DNA from: Candidatus Brocadiia bacterium
GTDB taxonomy: Bacteria; Planctomycetota; DG-23; SLPQ01
Length of the DNA stretch: 54,780 nt
Direction: 5' to 3'
NCBI GenBank assembly: GCA_007131925.1
Contig: SLPQ01000050.1
Location: 1 to 54,780 of the forward strand
Numbering within the stretch: position 1 is the stretch's first letter; the number at the start of each line of letters is the position of its first letter. The notes under the pieces were generated by a model. That model had not been told where the DNA came from. It saw nothing but the letters and a program-made list of their open reading frames with translations, and ran no database searches. Positions 45,960 to 54,444 of this stretch are shown piece by piece. A program made the translations under genes and the position numbers.

Positions 45960-48029
45960 TCACGTACACGTATCGCAGATACCTGTCCATTCGCTCTCGA
46001 AGGCCTGTGGGTTGCCAGCTCTGCCATGGCTTAGCGGCTGCTGACTGCGGCTGCCGTAACGATACACCGTGATGCCCTTGAGCTTGAGGTCCGCAGCCAT
46101 GCGAAAGACCCTCTTGACCGTCCCCACAGAGGCCGAGGCGGGAAGGTTGACCGTCTTTGAGACGGCGTTGTCCGTATATTCCTGGAAGGCCGCCTGCATT
46201 CTCAGGTGCCATTCGGGTGCGACCTCATGTGCCGTCACAAAGAGCCGCTGCACGTCCTCGGGCACACCCTCGACGCCCGTGCACGATCCGCTCTCGGCGA
46301 TTTTGCCCAGGAGGTCCCTCGAATGAAAGCCTCTCTCGGCCGCGATGCGGCGGAAGTGCTCGTTTTCTTCAAGAAAGAGCGTCCCCTCCATGACCTTTCG
46401 GAAATATGATACGGCAAAGAGCGGCTCGATGCCGGAGGCGCATCCGGCGATGATGCTGATGGTGCCGGTAGGGGCAATGGTCGTGACGGTGGCGTTTCTG
46501 AGCGCCTCAAAGCCCCTGGCCGGCCAGATGCTTGCCTTGAAGCCCGGGAAAGAGCCGCGCTCCCGGGCAAGGGCCGCGGAGGCCCGCCGCGCGCGCTCGC
46601 TCACAAAGCGCATCAGCCTTTTGGCCGCCTCGAGGGCCTCTTCGCTGTCGTAGGGGATGCCCAGAAGTATAAGCGCATCCGCAAACCCCATCACACCCAG
46701 CCCTATTTTGCGGTTTGCGCGGGTTATCTTATCAATAGAATCCAGCGGATAGCGGCAGACGTCTATGACGTTGTCGAGAAAGTGCACCCCCTCGTCAATG
46801 ACCGGGCCCAGCCGCTCCCAGTCAAAGTCATCCCCGCTGACAAAGCGAGAGACGTTTATGCTGCCGAGGTTGCAGGATTCGTAGTCGAGAAGCGGCTGTT
46901 CGCCGCATGGATTTGTGCCCTCGAAGGCCCCGGCAGCCGGCGTGGGGTTGTGACGGTTGATCTCGTCTATGAAGACCAGCCCGGGATCACCCGAGCGCCA
47001 CGCATGAGAGGCGGCAAGGTCAAAGATCTCTTCGGCCGGGAGGCTTCTGCTGACCTCCTTTGAACGCGGATTTACAAGTTCGTACTCGCCCCCCGCATCG
47101 AGAGCGCTCAAAAAGGAGTCCGTAACTGAAACGGACAGGTTGAAATTCTGCAGCGAGCCGTCGGACTTGGCCGCTATAAACTCGACGATATCAGGATGGT
47201 CCACCCTAAGAACGCCCATGTTGGCGCCGCGACGCCGTCCGCCCTGCTTTATCACGTTGGTCGCCGCATCGAAGACGCGCATGAACGACACCGGCCCGGA
47301 GGCCACTCCCCCGGTCGAGCGCACCACGTCGCCGGCCGGGCGCAGCCGCGAAAAGGCAAAGCCCGTACCTCCGCCCGACTGGTGGATGATCGCCATGTCC
47401 TTCAAGGCGTCGAATATCTCGATGATGGAGTCGCCTACCGGTATGACAAAGCACGCGGCGAGCTGTCCGAGCGATGTTCCAGCGTTCATCAGGGTCGGGG
47501 AGTTTGGCAGAAACTCAAGGTCGGTCATCATGCGGTAAAAGCTCTCGGCCGACCTTTCAACCTCACCGGCCGAGTGGTACTCTGCATCCGGCCCGGCCAC
47601 CGCTTGCGCCACCCTGTCAAACATCTCCCGCGGTGTCTCCACGACCTTGCCGGCAAGATCCTTGACTAGGTAGCGTTCCTTTAAGACCTTGACAGCGTTG
47701 ATAGACAGCTTAAGGTCGTCGCGCACACCCAGGAGGGCCTTTGCACGTCGAGCCTCGGCGTGCTGCTCGCGATGCACTATGTACGCTCGTGCCACCTTTT
47801 CAAACCCGGCGGCTATGAGCGCCTCTTCGACGAGGTCCTGGACTTCCTCAACACCCGGCGTGGCCCTGCGGCGACCCTCCAGCTTACTTACCACGTCGGC
47901 GCTGATGCGCTCGGCAACCTCGCGCCCGCCGGCGCCGGTCTCACTCAGTGCACCCAGTACAGCACGGGTGATCTTTTCCGGGTCAAAGGCTTCAAGCGTG
48001 CCGTCACGCTTTTTGATGGTCTCGGGCAT
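45960..48029 (-). CDS. nrdJ: Class II (adenosylcobalamin-dependent) ribonucleotide reductase
   Basis: N-terminal ATP-cone (IKKRDGTLEAFDPEKITRAV), catalytic NPCGEQPL and a C-terminal redox Cys pair CDTC. 689 aa, single chain. Confidence 0.93.
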   Translation of the reverse strand: MPETIKKRDGTLEAFDPEKITRAVLGALSETGAGGREVAERISADVVSKLEGRRRATPGVEEVQDLVEEALIAAGFEKVARAYIVHREQHAEARRAKALLGVRDDLKLSINAVKVLKERYLVKDLAGKVVETPREMFDRVAQAVAGPDAEYHSAGEVERSAESFYRMMTDLEFLPNSPTLMNAGTSLGQLAACFVIPVGDSIIEIFDALKDMAIIHQSGGGTGFAFSRLRPAGDVVRSTGGVASGPVSFMRVFDAATNVIKQGGRRRGANMGVLRVDHPDIVEFIAAKSDGSLQNFNLSVSVTDSFLSALDAGGEYELVNPRSKEVSRSLPAEEIFDLAASHAWRSGDPGLVFIDEINRHNPTPAAGAFEGTNPCGEQPLLDYESCNLGSINVSRFVSGDDFDWERLGPVIDEGVHFLDNVIDVCRYPLDSIDKITRANRKIGLGVMGFADALILLGIPYDSEEALEAAKRLMRFVSERARRASAALARERGSFPGFKASIWPARGFEALRNATVTTIAPTGTISIIAGCASGIEPLFAVSYFRKVMEGTLFLEENEHFRRIAAERGFHSRDLLGKIAESGSCTGVEGVPEDVQRLFVTAHEVAPEWHLRMQAAFQEYTDNAVSKTVNLPASASVGTVKRVFRMAADLKLKGITVYRYGSRSQQPLSHGRAGNPQAFESEWTGICDTCT

Positions 48030-48050
48030 CCTGCGCCCTCCGCGGACTCT

Positions 48051-50114
48051 CTAAGACGTCAGGAAACGGCCGATCTCCCCCTCGGTCCTTGCAAATCCAC
48101 CTGTAACTATGACCGGTGGCGGGCTCTTGAGGATATTCGCCGCATCCATGAGCGGCTTGAGTATCTCTGCTGCCTTGGCCGGTGATGCCGTCTCGCCCGA
48201 GGGCGTCTGCGCATTGGCAAGCAGGATCCCGCGGTCGGCCCCACTCGCGAGAATGTCGCAGACATCCGCACTCTGCAATATCCCCGGCACAAATACCGCA
48301 TCGTCCTGTGCGAAGCCTTCCGAGGAGCGAAATGTCAACAGCAGCTCCACCGCCGCAAAACGCTTTATCCCCTCCTCAAGCGCAAAGGCCAGCGCACCAG
48401 CCATCGATGCGTGCCCCTCGGCCCACAGATGCACCGGCGTGCCGGCCGTCTCGTCCATAGCACCCAGGCAGTCCACCGCGCGGACTATGTCAAAGGCGCG
48501 CATCATGGAGATGTGCCGCCCCAGAGTGATCGAACGATTGAGGATAAAGCCATAAGGCTCGCTCGTCTCGCTCGCCACGTACCCCTGTGTCTCACCGGTA
48601 GAGCGAAGGTCGAGAGCGAGAACCGCCGAGCCGCCTCGGACCAGATCCTCAAATGGGCGCCGCCCGACGGTGAGCGCCTTGCCATCGGGGTTAGCATGTA
48701 TGACGACACGATCCGGCCTCCCCTCTTTTGGCAAGACAAGCACTGAGGGGATTATTATGCCGCGCTCACTTCTGAAGGCCATCGGTTTCAAAACTCCCCA
48801 CGATGCCTGCTGTACGGGAAATCTCTCGATGTCGAGAGAGACTTCCTCGGGCTCACCCCACAGACTCCTCAGATGGGCGCGGACCTTTCTGCGATATCCG
48901 GTGAAGGCGGACTTTGTCTTCGGGCGCTTGAGGTCGGGCAGCTTTTCGGAGAGCTCGCCGTAATGGGTCGCAAGCGTCCCGGAGCCGGTCGGCAGTTTGC
49001 CGCCTGGAAAGGCCTGCAGAAGCTCGCTTCTGGGATCCTCGACCGTGATGTAGTCGTCATACTCTTCGAGAGGGCGAGGCTCGATACCTTTCAAATGCCT
49101 GTCAAACCACTGCAGAATAGCCGCACGCGAGGCGCTCGAATACGAATGCGGGCCGTAGTCCTCGGCAACATCTATCATGTCGGCCGCATCAAAGGCCCGG
49201 TAAACCTCGCGCGCCCTGTAGTATACCTCGCGCACACCTTTTATGGGAAAGAGCCTGTCTTTTATCGCGCTGACAATCAACAGCGGCCTCGGCGCGACCG
49301 TCGCCATCAGGTCGCTGTACTCGGCCATGCCCCACATACCGGGTATTACCTCGCATGGGCAGTAGTAGTCGCAGCCGACAGTCATGTGTTCGTCAAACAT
49401 GGTAACGGCGTTTACAGGCGCAGAGGCGGCTATGCGCTCGTCGAATATGGTGGTGTAAGCAGTCTGATTTCCACCTCCCGAAGAGCCGGTTATGCCAATC
49501 CTGTCGCCGTCGATCTCCGGACGTGACAGCAGGTAGTCGACCGCGCGCATGTTGTCCCAGACCATGATGCCCTGGACAGTGGCGCCCGCGGCAAACATAT
49601 AGCGGCTTGCGTGCTTCTGGGCCAGGCGATCGCCGCCCCCCACAAAGTCAACGGCCAGCACGGCATAGCCGTTTTTGACGTAATGGACCGCCACCTTCTG
49701 GTAGACCGGGGATGCCTTCTGTGTAAATGCGTGGCCATGCACGGTTATGACCGCGGGCAGTGGCTTTTTAATCTCTTTGGGCAGATAGAGGGCGGCCGAC
49801 ACCGGCCAGTCCGGCCGGCTGTAAAAGTAGAGAGCCTCGACGGTATAGTCACCGCGGTCGGTCTTTCGAGTAATGGTGGGATTAAGAGGGCATTTCCTGT
49901 CCGGAAAACCCCCGAGAGTCGCCTCGAGCCGGCGCAGCAGCGCACGGCGCCGCGGCACCCACTCGCGCTTGGTGATGGCGGTATAGTCGGCCACACCGAA
50001 GCGGGCCTTTTCGGTGCGGTAAAAGTTTTTCATCATCTCGCCATAGTGATCGGCCTCGCTGCGGTGGGTGATCATAAACGTGCGTATACTGTCGACATCA
50101 CATCGAACTCTCAT
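48051..50114 (-). CDS. Alpha/beta-hydrolase (acetyl-xylan-esterase / dienelactone-hydrolase-like) with extra C-terminal domain
   Basis: VITVHGH..., nucleophile elbow GITGSSGGG and the ...YYCPCE... region, then a second ~300-aa domain. Strong SD GGAGAGGAGG before ATG 50114. The stop lies 21 nt before the nrdJ start. Confidence 0.75.
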   Translation of the reverse strand: MRVRCDVDSIRTFMITHRSEADHYGEMMKNFYRTEKARFGVADYTAITKREWVPRRRALLRRLEATLGGFPDRKCPLNPTITRKTDRGDYTVEALYFYSRPDWPVSAALYLPKEIKKPLPAVITVHGHAFTQKASPVYQKVAVHYVKNGYAVLAVDFVGGGDRLAQKHASRYMFAAGATVQGIMVWDNMRAVDYLLSRPEIDGDRIGITGSSGGGNQTAYTTIFDERIAASAPVNAVTMFDEHMTVGCDYYCPCEVIPGMWGMAEYSDLMATVAPRPLLIVSAIKDRLFPIKGVREVYYRAREVYRAFDAADMIDVAEDYGPHSYSSASRAAILQWFDRHLKGIEPRPLEEYDDYITVEDPRSELLQAFPGGKLPTGSGTLATHYGELSEKLPDLKRPKTKSAFTGYRRKVRAHLRSLWGEPEEVSLDIERFPVQQASWGVLKPMAFRSERGIIIPSVLVLPKEGRPDRVVIHANPDGKALTVGRRPFEDLVRGGSAVLALDLRSTGETQGYVASETSEPYGFILNRSITLGRHISMMRAFDIVRAVDCLGAMDETAGTPVHLWAEGHASMAGALAFALEEGIKRFAAVELLLTFRSSEGFAQDDAVFVPGILQSADVCDILASGADRGILLANAQTPSGETASPAKAAEILKPLMDAANILKSPPPVIVTGGFARTEGEIGRFLTS

Positions 50115-50209
50115 CTGCCGCCTCCTCTCCTGCCCTCAGGGGCTGATTTTTCCCTTGCGCGCCAGGGAACCCCGGTAAATAATCTTACGCGCCGAAAGCG
50201 ATTGTACGC

Positions 50210-50223
50210 TTGGCGTACGCCAA
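50210..50223. promoter_or_regulatory. Perfect 14-bp palindrome TTGGCGTACGCCAA in the divergent intergenic region (operator or 5' stem-loop candidate)
   Basis: The sequence is its own reverse complement. It overlaps a second inverted repeat, GTACGC-TTG-GCGTAC (50204-50218). It lies downstream of a promoter-like TTGCGC-17-AATAAT (50155-50183). Confidence 0.35.
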
Positions 50224-50353
50224 ATCAACAAAGGCCCGTTTTGAGGCGCAGAAAGAGGCGGCGGTGCCCGGCGATTGCGGTTTTTGATCAGGCCTGCGCG
50301 AAGGGGGGACAGCGCGGCGATGCTGTCACTGTCACCGCGCTCACCTGCATTAG

Positions 50354-50390
50354 GTCGCGACAGCCGGGGCGGCGCCCGGCGACTCTTTTT
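50354..50390 (+). terminator. Terminator-like hairpin plus U-tract inside the 5' leader of the COG1900 operon (attenuator candidate)
   Basis: GCCGGG (50363-50368) pairs with CCCGGC (50375-50380) around a 6-nt loop. A lower stem GTC/GAC (50354-50356 with 50381-50383) closes it, and TCTTTTT (50384-50390) follows. The hairpin lies 68 nt upstream of ATG 50458. Confidence 0.4.
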
Positions 50391-50457
50391 GCGGGCGGGA
50401 GTTCCCGGGCAGCACCAGTGTGCACGGGGCGAGCATCACCGAGGAGGTCACGAGGCT

Positions 50458-51675
50458 ATGACTAAGAGCTACGAAGAGATAAACGAAAGGATAAAGAAGG
50501 GAAAAGCCGTCGTCGTGACCGCCGAGGAGATGATATCGGTGGTCAAAGACAGGGGCGTACGCGCGGCCGCACGCGAGGTGGATGTCGTCACCACCGGCAC
50601 CTTTGGTCCAATGTGCTCCTCCGGCGCTTTCATAAACGTCGGCCACACACGACCCAAGATGAAGATAAGGCATGCGACGATTGGGGGAGTGCCGGTCTTC
50701 GGCGGGCTGGCTGCGGTCGACTTTTACATCGGTGCTACGGAGGTTGCAGAGGACGATCCGCTCAACAGGGTCTTTCCGGGTGAGTTCAGGTACGGCGGAG
50801 GGCACCTTATCGAGGACCTCATCGCGGGGCGCAGGCTGCGACTGGTCGCCAGAGCCTACGGCACAGACTGCTATCCGCGCCGTGAGCTCGACACAGAGAT
50901 CACCATTAAAGACCTGAATGAAGCCGTCCTGGTGAACCCGCGAAATGCCTACCAGAATTACAATGTCGCCGTGAACGCCCACTCCAGCCGCCCCATATAT
51001 ACATACATGGGTGTACTCGTGCCGAATATGGCAAACGCCAACTACTGCTCGGCAGGTCAGCTCTCACCGCTTCTCAACGACCCGCACTATCGCACCATTG
51101 GCATCGGCACGCGCATATTTCTCGGCGGAGCGGTCGGCTACGTCTACTGGCATGGCACGCAGCACGACCCCACCACCGCGCGCAATGAGCGCGGCGTGCC
51201 TACCGGCGGGGCGGGCACCATTGCCGTCGTGGGCGATATGAAGAAAATGTCCACGGAGTTCATAAGAGGCGCATCGCTGAGAGGATACGGGGTGAGCCTC
51301 GCGGTGGGCATCGGCATACCGATACCGGTTCTCGACATGGAGATGGCGCGCTATACGGCAGTGTCCGACCGAGACATAACAGCCCCGGTGATCGACTACA
51401 GCCGGGCCTACCCGGAGGCGCGCCAGGAGACGCTCGGCCAGGTAAGCTACGCCGAGCTTCGCAGCGGCCGGATAGACCTCAAGGGCACCGAGGTGAAGAC
51501 CGGGTCGCTTTCCAGCTATCCGAAGGCAAAAAGGATCGCCGAGACGCTGAAAGGCTGGATAGAGGCCGGCAGCTTTGCACTAAGCCCGCCGGCAGAGCTT
51601 CTCCCGCAGGCCGACAGCTCTCACGCCTTCAAGCCCATGAAGCCGCCGAGGCGCTCCAGGAGAAAGAAGCCGTGA
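50458..51675 (+). CDS. COG1900 (DUF39) homocysteine-biosynthesis protein (MA1821/MJ0100-type)
   Basis: MTKSYEEINERIKKGKAVVVTAEEM..., VDVVTTGTFGPMCSSGAFINVGH, NPRNAYQNYNVAVN and YCSAGQLSPLLNDP match the COG1900 pattern. GAGGAGG SD 10 nt upstream of the ATG. The track's 61-aa extension was rejected. Confidence 0.88.
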   Translation: MTKSYEEINERIKKGKAVVVTAEEMISVVKDRGVRAAAREVDVVTTGTFGPMCSSGAFINVGHTRPKMKIRHATIGGVPVFGGLAAVDFYIGATEVAEDDPLNRVFPGEFRYGGGHLIEDLIAGRRLRLVARAYGTDCYPRRELDTEITIKDLNEAVLVNPRNAYQNYNVAVNAHSSRPIYTYMGVLVPNMANANYCSAGQLSPLLNDPHYRTIGIGTRIFLGGAVGYVYWHGTQHDPTTARNERGVPTGGAGTIAVVGDMKKMSTEFIRGASLRGYGVSLAVGIGIPIPVLDMEMARYTAVSDRDITAPVIDYSRAYPEARQETLGQVSYAELRSGRIDLKGTEVKTGSLSSYPKAKRIAETLKGWIEAGSFALSPPAELLPQADSSHAFKPMKPPRRSRRKKP

Positions 51676-52415
51676 AGATTGCATCCCCGCACACCAGCCG
51701 TGATGCTGAGCGCATCTACCGCACGCGGATGCGCCCGGAAGGGCTCGTCCGCTTTGACGTGGCCGTCGCAGAGACGGATCTTGCCTGCTTTGCCGAGGAG
51801 GACTTTACCGGCCCGGTGCGCACGTCGCTTGAGCAGCTGCGCAGCGATATCCTTGAATGGGCCAAGACTCACCGGGGCTTTTTCGAGACGCTCAAACCAG
51901 TCGGCATCGATGCGGGCGCTCCCCGGATCGTAAGGAATATGTGCGAGGCTGCGCGGGCATGGGGAGTCGGGCCGATGGCGGCTGTAGCTGGCGCTCTTGC
52001 GGATGCGGTCGGCGGCGAGCTCTCGGCCTTGAGCAGCCAGGTCATAATCGAGAACGGAGGCGACATATACATCCGCTCCAGTCAGGCACGCAGGATTGCG
52101 ATCTTCGCGGGCGATGAGTCGCCCTTCGGCGAGATCTCACTTATTGTCAGACCGGAGGACGGCGTAGGCGGGGTCTGTACATCATCCGGGGTGGTGGGCC
52201 ACAGCATGAGCTTCGGCGCGGCGGATGCGGTGACGGCCCTGGCAGGGTCGGCCGCCCTTGCCGATGCGGCCGCCACGGCCATCTGCAACCGCATCAGGGC
52301 CACATCAGACGTAGCGGCGGTCATCGAGGCCGAGAGAAATCGCGGCCTGCTCTCGGGACTTGTCGTTATAATGGGTGAGACGCTGGGAGCTTTCGGAGCA
52401 GTGGAGTTTGCCTGA
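51672..52415 (+). CDS. UPF0280 / COG2122 (ApbE-superfamily) protein
   Basis: VGPMAAVAGALADAVG...IIENGGDIY...GVCTSSGVVGHSMSFGAADAVT... matches the UPF0280 pattern. GTG start overlaps the COG1900 stop as GTGA (51672-51675). Confidence 0.82.
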   Translation: MKIASPHTSRDAERIYRTRMRPEGLVRFDVAVAETDLACFAEEDFTGPVRTSLEQLRSDILEWAKTHRGFFETLKPVGIDAGAPRIVRNMCEAARAWGVGPMAAVAGALADAVGGELSALSSQVIIENGGDIYIRSSQARRIAIFAGDESPFGEISLIVRPEDGVGGVCTSSGVVGHSMSFGAADAVTALAGSAALADAAATAICNRIRATSDVAAVIEAERNRGLLSGLVVIMGETLGAFGAVEFA

Positions 52416-52428
52416 GGAGGCGCAAGGG

Positions 52429-52854
52429 ATGTTCACCGAAAAGTTGCTGATGCATTTTCCGAGGGAGCTTGTCCAGCAGCCGATACTCTCCGTGGTGACG
52501 CGCGAGTTTGACATCACTTTCAACATCATCTCGGCGCGCATCACCGAAAATGAGGAAGGCGTGATGAAGGTCGAGCTGCGCGGCAAGCGCCAGGATGTAC
52601 AGGCCGCAACCAGGTACATCAGGGAAAAAGGCGTGACGGTCCGAAGCCTCTCGAAGTTTATCAGGATCGACAAAGACCTCTGCACAGACTGCGGCGCATG
52701 CGTCGTGCACTGCCCCACGGCGGCACTGTATTGCGATGAGGGCCGCGCGGTGGTCTTCGACAAGAAAAAATGCATCGCCTGCGAGCTGTGCCGCACCGCG
52801 TGCCCCTTTCACGCCGTTGTCGTCGCGCACATCGAGGAGGCTGAGCGGGTCTGA
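52429..52854 (+). CDS. NIL-domain / 2x[4Fe-4S] ferredoxin fusion (MA1822-type)
   Basis: The N-terminal NIL-like domain (QQPILSVVTREFDITFNIISARI...VELRG) is followed by CTDCGACVVHCP and CIACELCRTACP. GAGGAGG SD before ATG 52429. Confidence 0.88.
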   Translation: MFTEKLLMHFPRELVQQPILSVVTREFDITFNIISARITENEEGVMKVELRGKRQDVQAATRYIREKGVTVRSLSKFIRIDKDLCTDCGACVVHCPTAALYCDEGRAVVFDKKKCIACELCRTACPFHAVVVAHIEEAERV

Positions 52855-52878
52855 CGGTGCACTGCATGCACGGTGCGA

Positions 52879-53571
52879 TCAGCCATGGAGACCGCTCTGC
52901 TCGCGCCTTTTTTTCGAGACCATGCGTCTTGCGCGCATGGCAAAGAGATAGAATACACCCGGTCCAAATGATAGAAACATGACCGCGATGCCGGCCGCCA
53001 TCGCATAAGATGTCACTATCGGCGCGCTGCAGTCTCCTCGACGGCGAACCACTATGTGGCAGGCCACCGCTACCAGCAGCTCCAGCGTGCTGCCGGTGTG
53101 CAGCGTCCTTGTGATGCGGGTGATCACACCCCCCGGCTCATCGCCCGAACGAGCGAAAGAGCGAAAGACGAAAAACCAGAAGACCCAGGCCGCCAGAAGC
53201 ACCGCAACCACCGCCGACGCCGCAAAACCCCCTGCCTCATCGCCCCTTATGGCTACTATGACAGACCAGAGCGTAAAGGCCGCAAGAAGGCCCATTGCCA
53301 ATGCCCCCGCCAAGATGGGCGCAAGTATATGGCGGGGTCTTATTTCGATCTCGCCTGCGGCCTTCACCGGCACGACAAGCAGCAGCGCCTGCGCGAGGGT
53401 CAGTATGATCACGGTCAGCCAGTAGGGCCATGACAGCATAATCGCTATCACGTGTGCCACCTCAGAGCGTGTCGGCTCCTCAGGCAGTGTTCCGACGACC
53501 ACCAGGGGCGCGGTGACCAGGACCAGCAGCACCACGTACAGCCCGATTGTCAAGACCGCCCAATGCTTCAT
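52879..53571 (-). CDS. Hypothetical polytopic membrane protein
   Basis: 230-aa ORF with about six hydrophobic segments, directly downstream of the ABC permease genes. No recognisable motif. Confidence 0.55.
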   Translation of the reverse strand: MKHWAVLTIGLYVVLLVLVTAPLVVVGTLPEEPTRSEVAHVIAIMLSWPYWLTVIILTLAQALLLVVPVKAAGEIEIRPRHILAPILAGALAMGLLAAFTLWSVIVAIRGDEAGGFAASAVVAVLLAAWVFWFFVFRSFARSGDEPGGVITRITRTLHTGSTLELLVAVACHIVVRRRGDCSAPIVTSYAMAAGIAVMFLSFGPGVFYLFAMRARRMVSKKRREQSGLHG

Positions 53572-53601
53572 CGTACACCTTCCAAGCCGGGGTAGCCGGC
53601 G

Positions 53602-54444
53602 CTACTGCGCTTTCATTCCGGAGAGGCTGATGCCTCCGATAATGTACTTCTGCGCAAACAGAAAGAGCGCGATAAGCGGCGCCGATCCAAGCACAGACGC
53701 CGCAAATACTTTCGGCCAGAAAATGGAGTCTTCATCGCGAAACAGCGCAATTCCCACCGTTACAGGGTACTTGTCCCAGTCGGAGAGCACCACCAGCGGC
53801 CAGACAAAGTTGTTCCACTCGGCCATGAAGATGAATATGCCCAGGGTGATCAGAGCAGGCTTTGCAAGCGGCATGACGATGCGCCAGTATATGCCGAAGG
53901 TGCCGCAGCCGTCGATGCTGGCGGCGGCCTCGAGGTCGGCCGGAATATTTAGAAAGAACTGTCGCAGCAGAAATATCCCGAAGACGCCGGCGAGATTGGG
54001 AGCCACCACGCCCGGCAGCGTGTCTGCAAGGCCCAGGTGCACAGTGATGAGATACTGCGGCACCAGCCGCACGGCAAACGGCAGCATCATCGTTGAGAGA
54101 AATATGGTGAAGAGGACATCCCTGCCCCTGAACTTCAGCCGCGCGAATGCAAAGGCCGCAAGCGAGTTGAGCGTGAGCTGAAAGACCGTGGTTGTGGTAG
54201 CATATAGCAGGCTGTTGAAAAGGTATCGCCCCATGCGCCCCGTACCGGGATCGAGTGCGCCACGGAAGTTTTCGAGCGTGGGGTCGGACACCCAGAGTCT
54301 GTTGGGGGCGCCGCCAAACTCCTGCTGAGACTTGAACGCCGAGAGCGCCATCCAGGCGTAGGGCATCACCATTATGGCCGTGGCTGTCAGGAGCAGGGCC
54401 ATCACCGCGATCTGCATTGAACGCTTGTTTTTCATATCACTCAT
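53602..54444 (-). CDS. Carbohydrate ABC transporter permease (MalG/UgpE-like)
   Basis: Six TM segments and the EAA loop LEAAASIDGCGTFGIYWRIVMPLAKP. The start overlaps the upstream permease gene by 8 nt. Confidence 0.9.
   Translation of the reverse strand: MSDMKNKRSMQIAVMALLLTATAIMVMPYAWMALSAFKSQQEFGGAPNRLWVSDPTLENFRGALDPGTGRMGRYLFNSLLYATTTTVFQLTLNSLAAFAFARLKFRGRDVLFTIFLSTMMLPFAVRLVPQYLITVHLGLADTLPGVVAPNLAGVFGIFLLRQFFLNIPADLEAAASIDGCGTFGIYWRIVMPLAKPALITLGIFIFMAEWNNFVWPLVVLSDWDKYPVTVGIALFRDEDSIFWPKVFAASVLGSAPLIALFLFAQKYIIGGISLSGMKAQ

Noticed and set aside
50300-50345. Identity of the COG1900 leader with the known SAH riboswitch (AGCGCGGCGA ... CCGCGCTCAC resembles AGCGCUGCGA ... GGCGCUCAC), or with SAM-I/SAM-IV (AUCAA...UUGAU closing helix, GGCCCG, GGUGCC).
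   Set aside because: The SAH-motif AGGCUCGG strand and P4 hairpin are missing. The SAM-I GCAACC core and four-way junction cannot be drawn. The resemblances are short and may be coincidental, so the region is reported as an unclassified structured leader instead.
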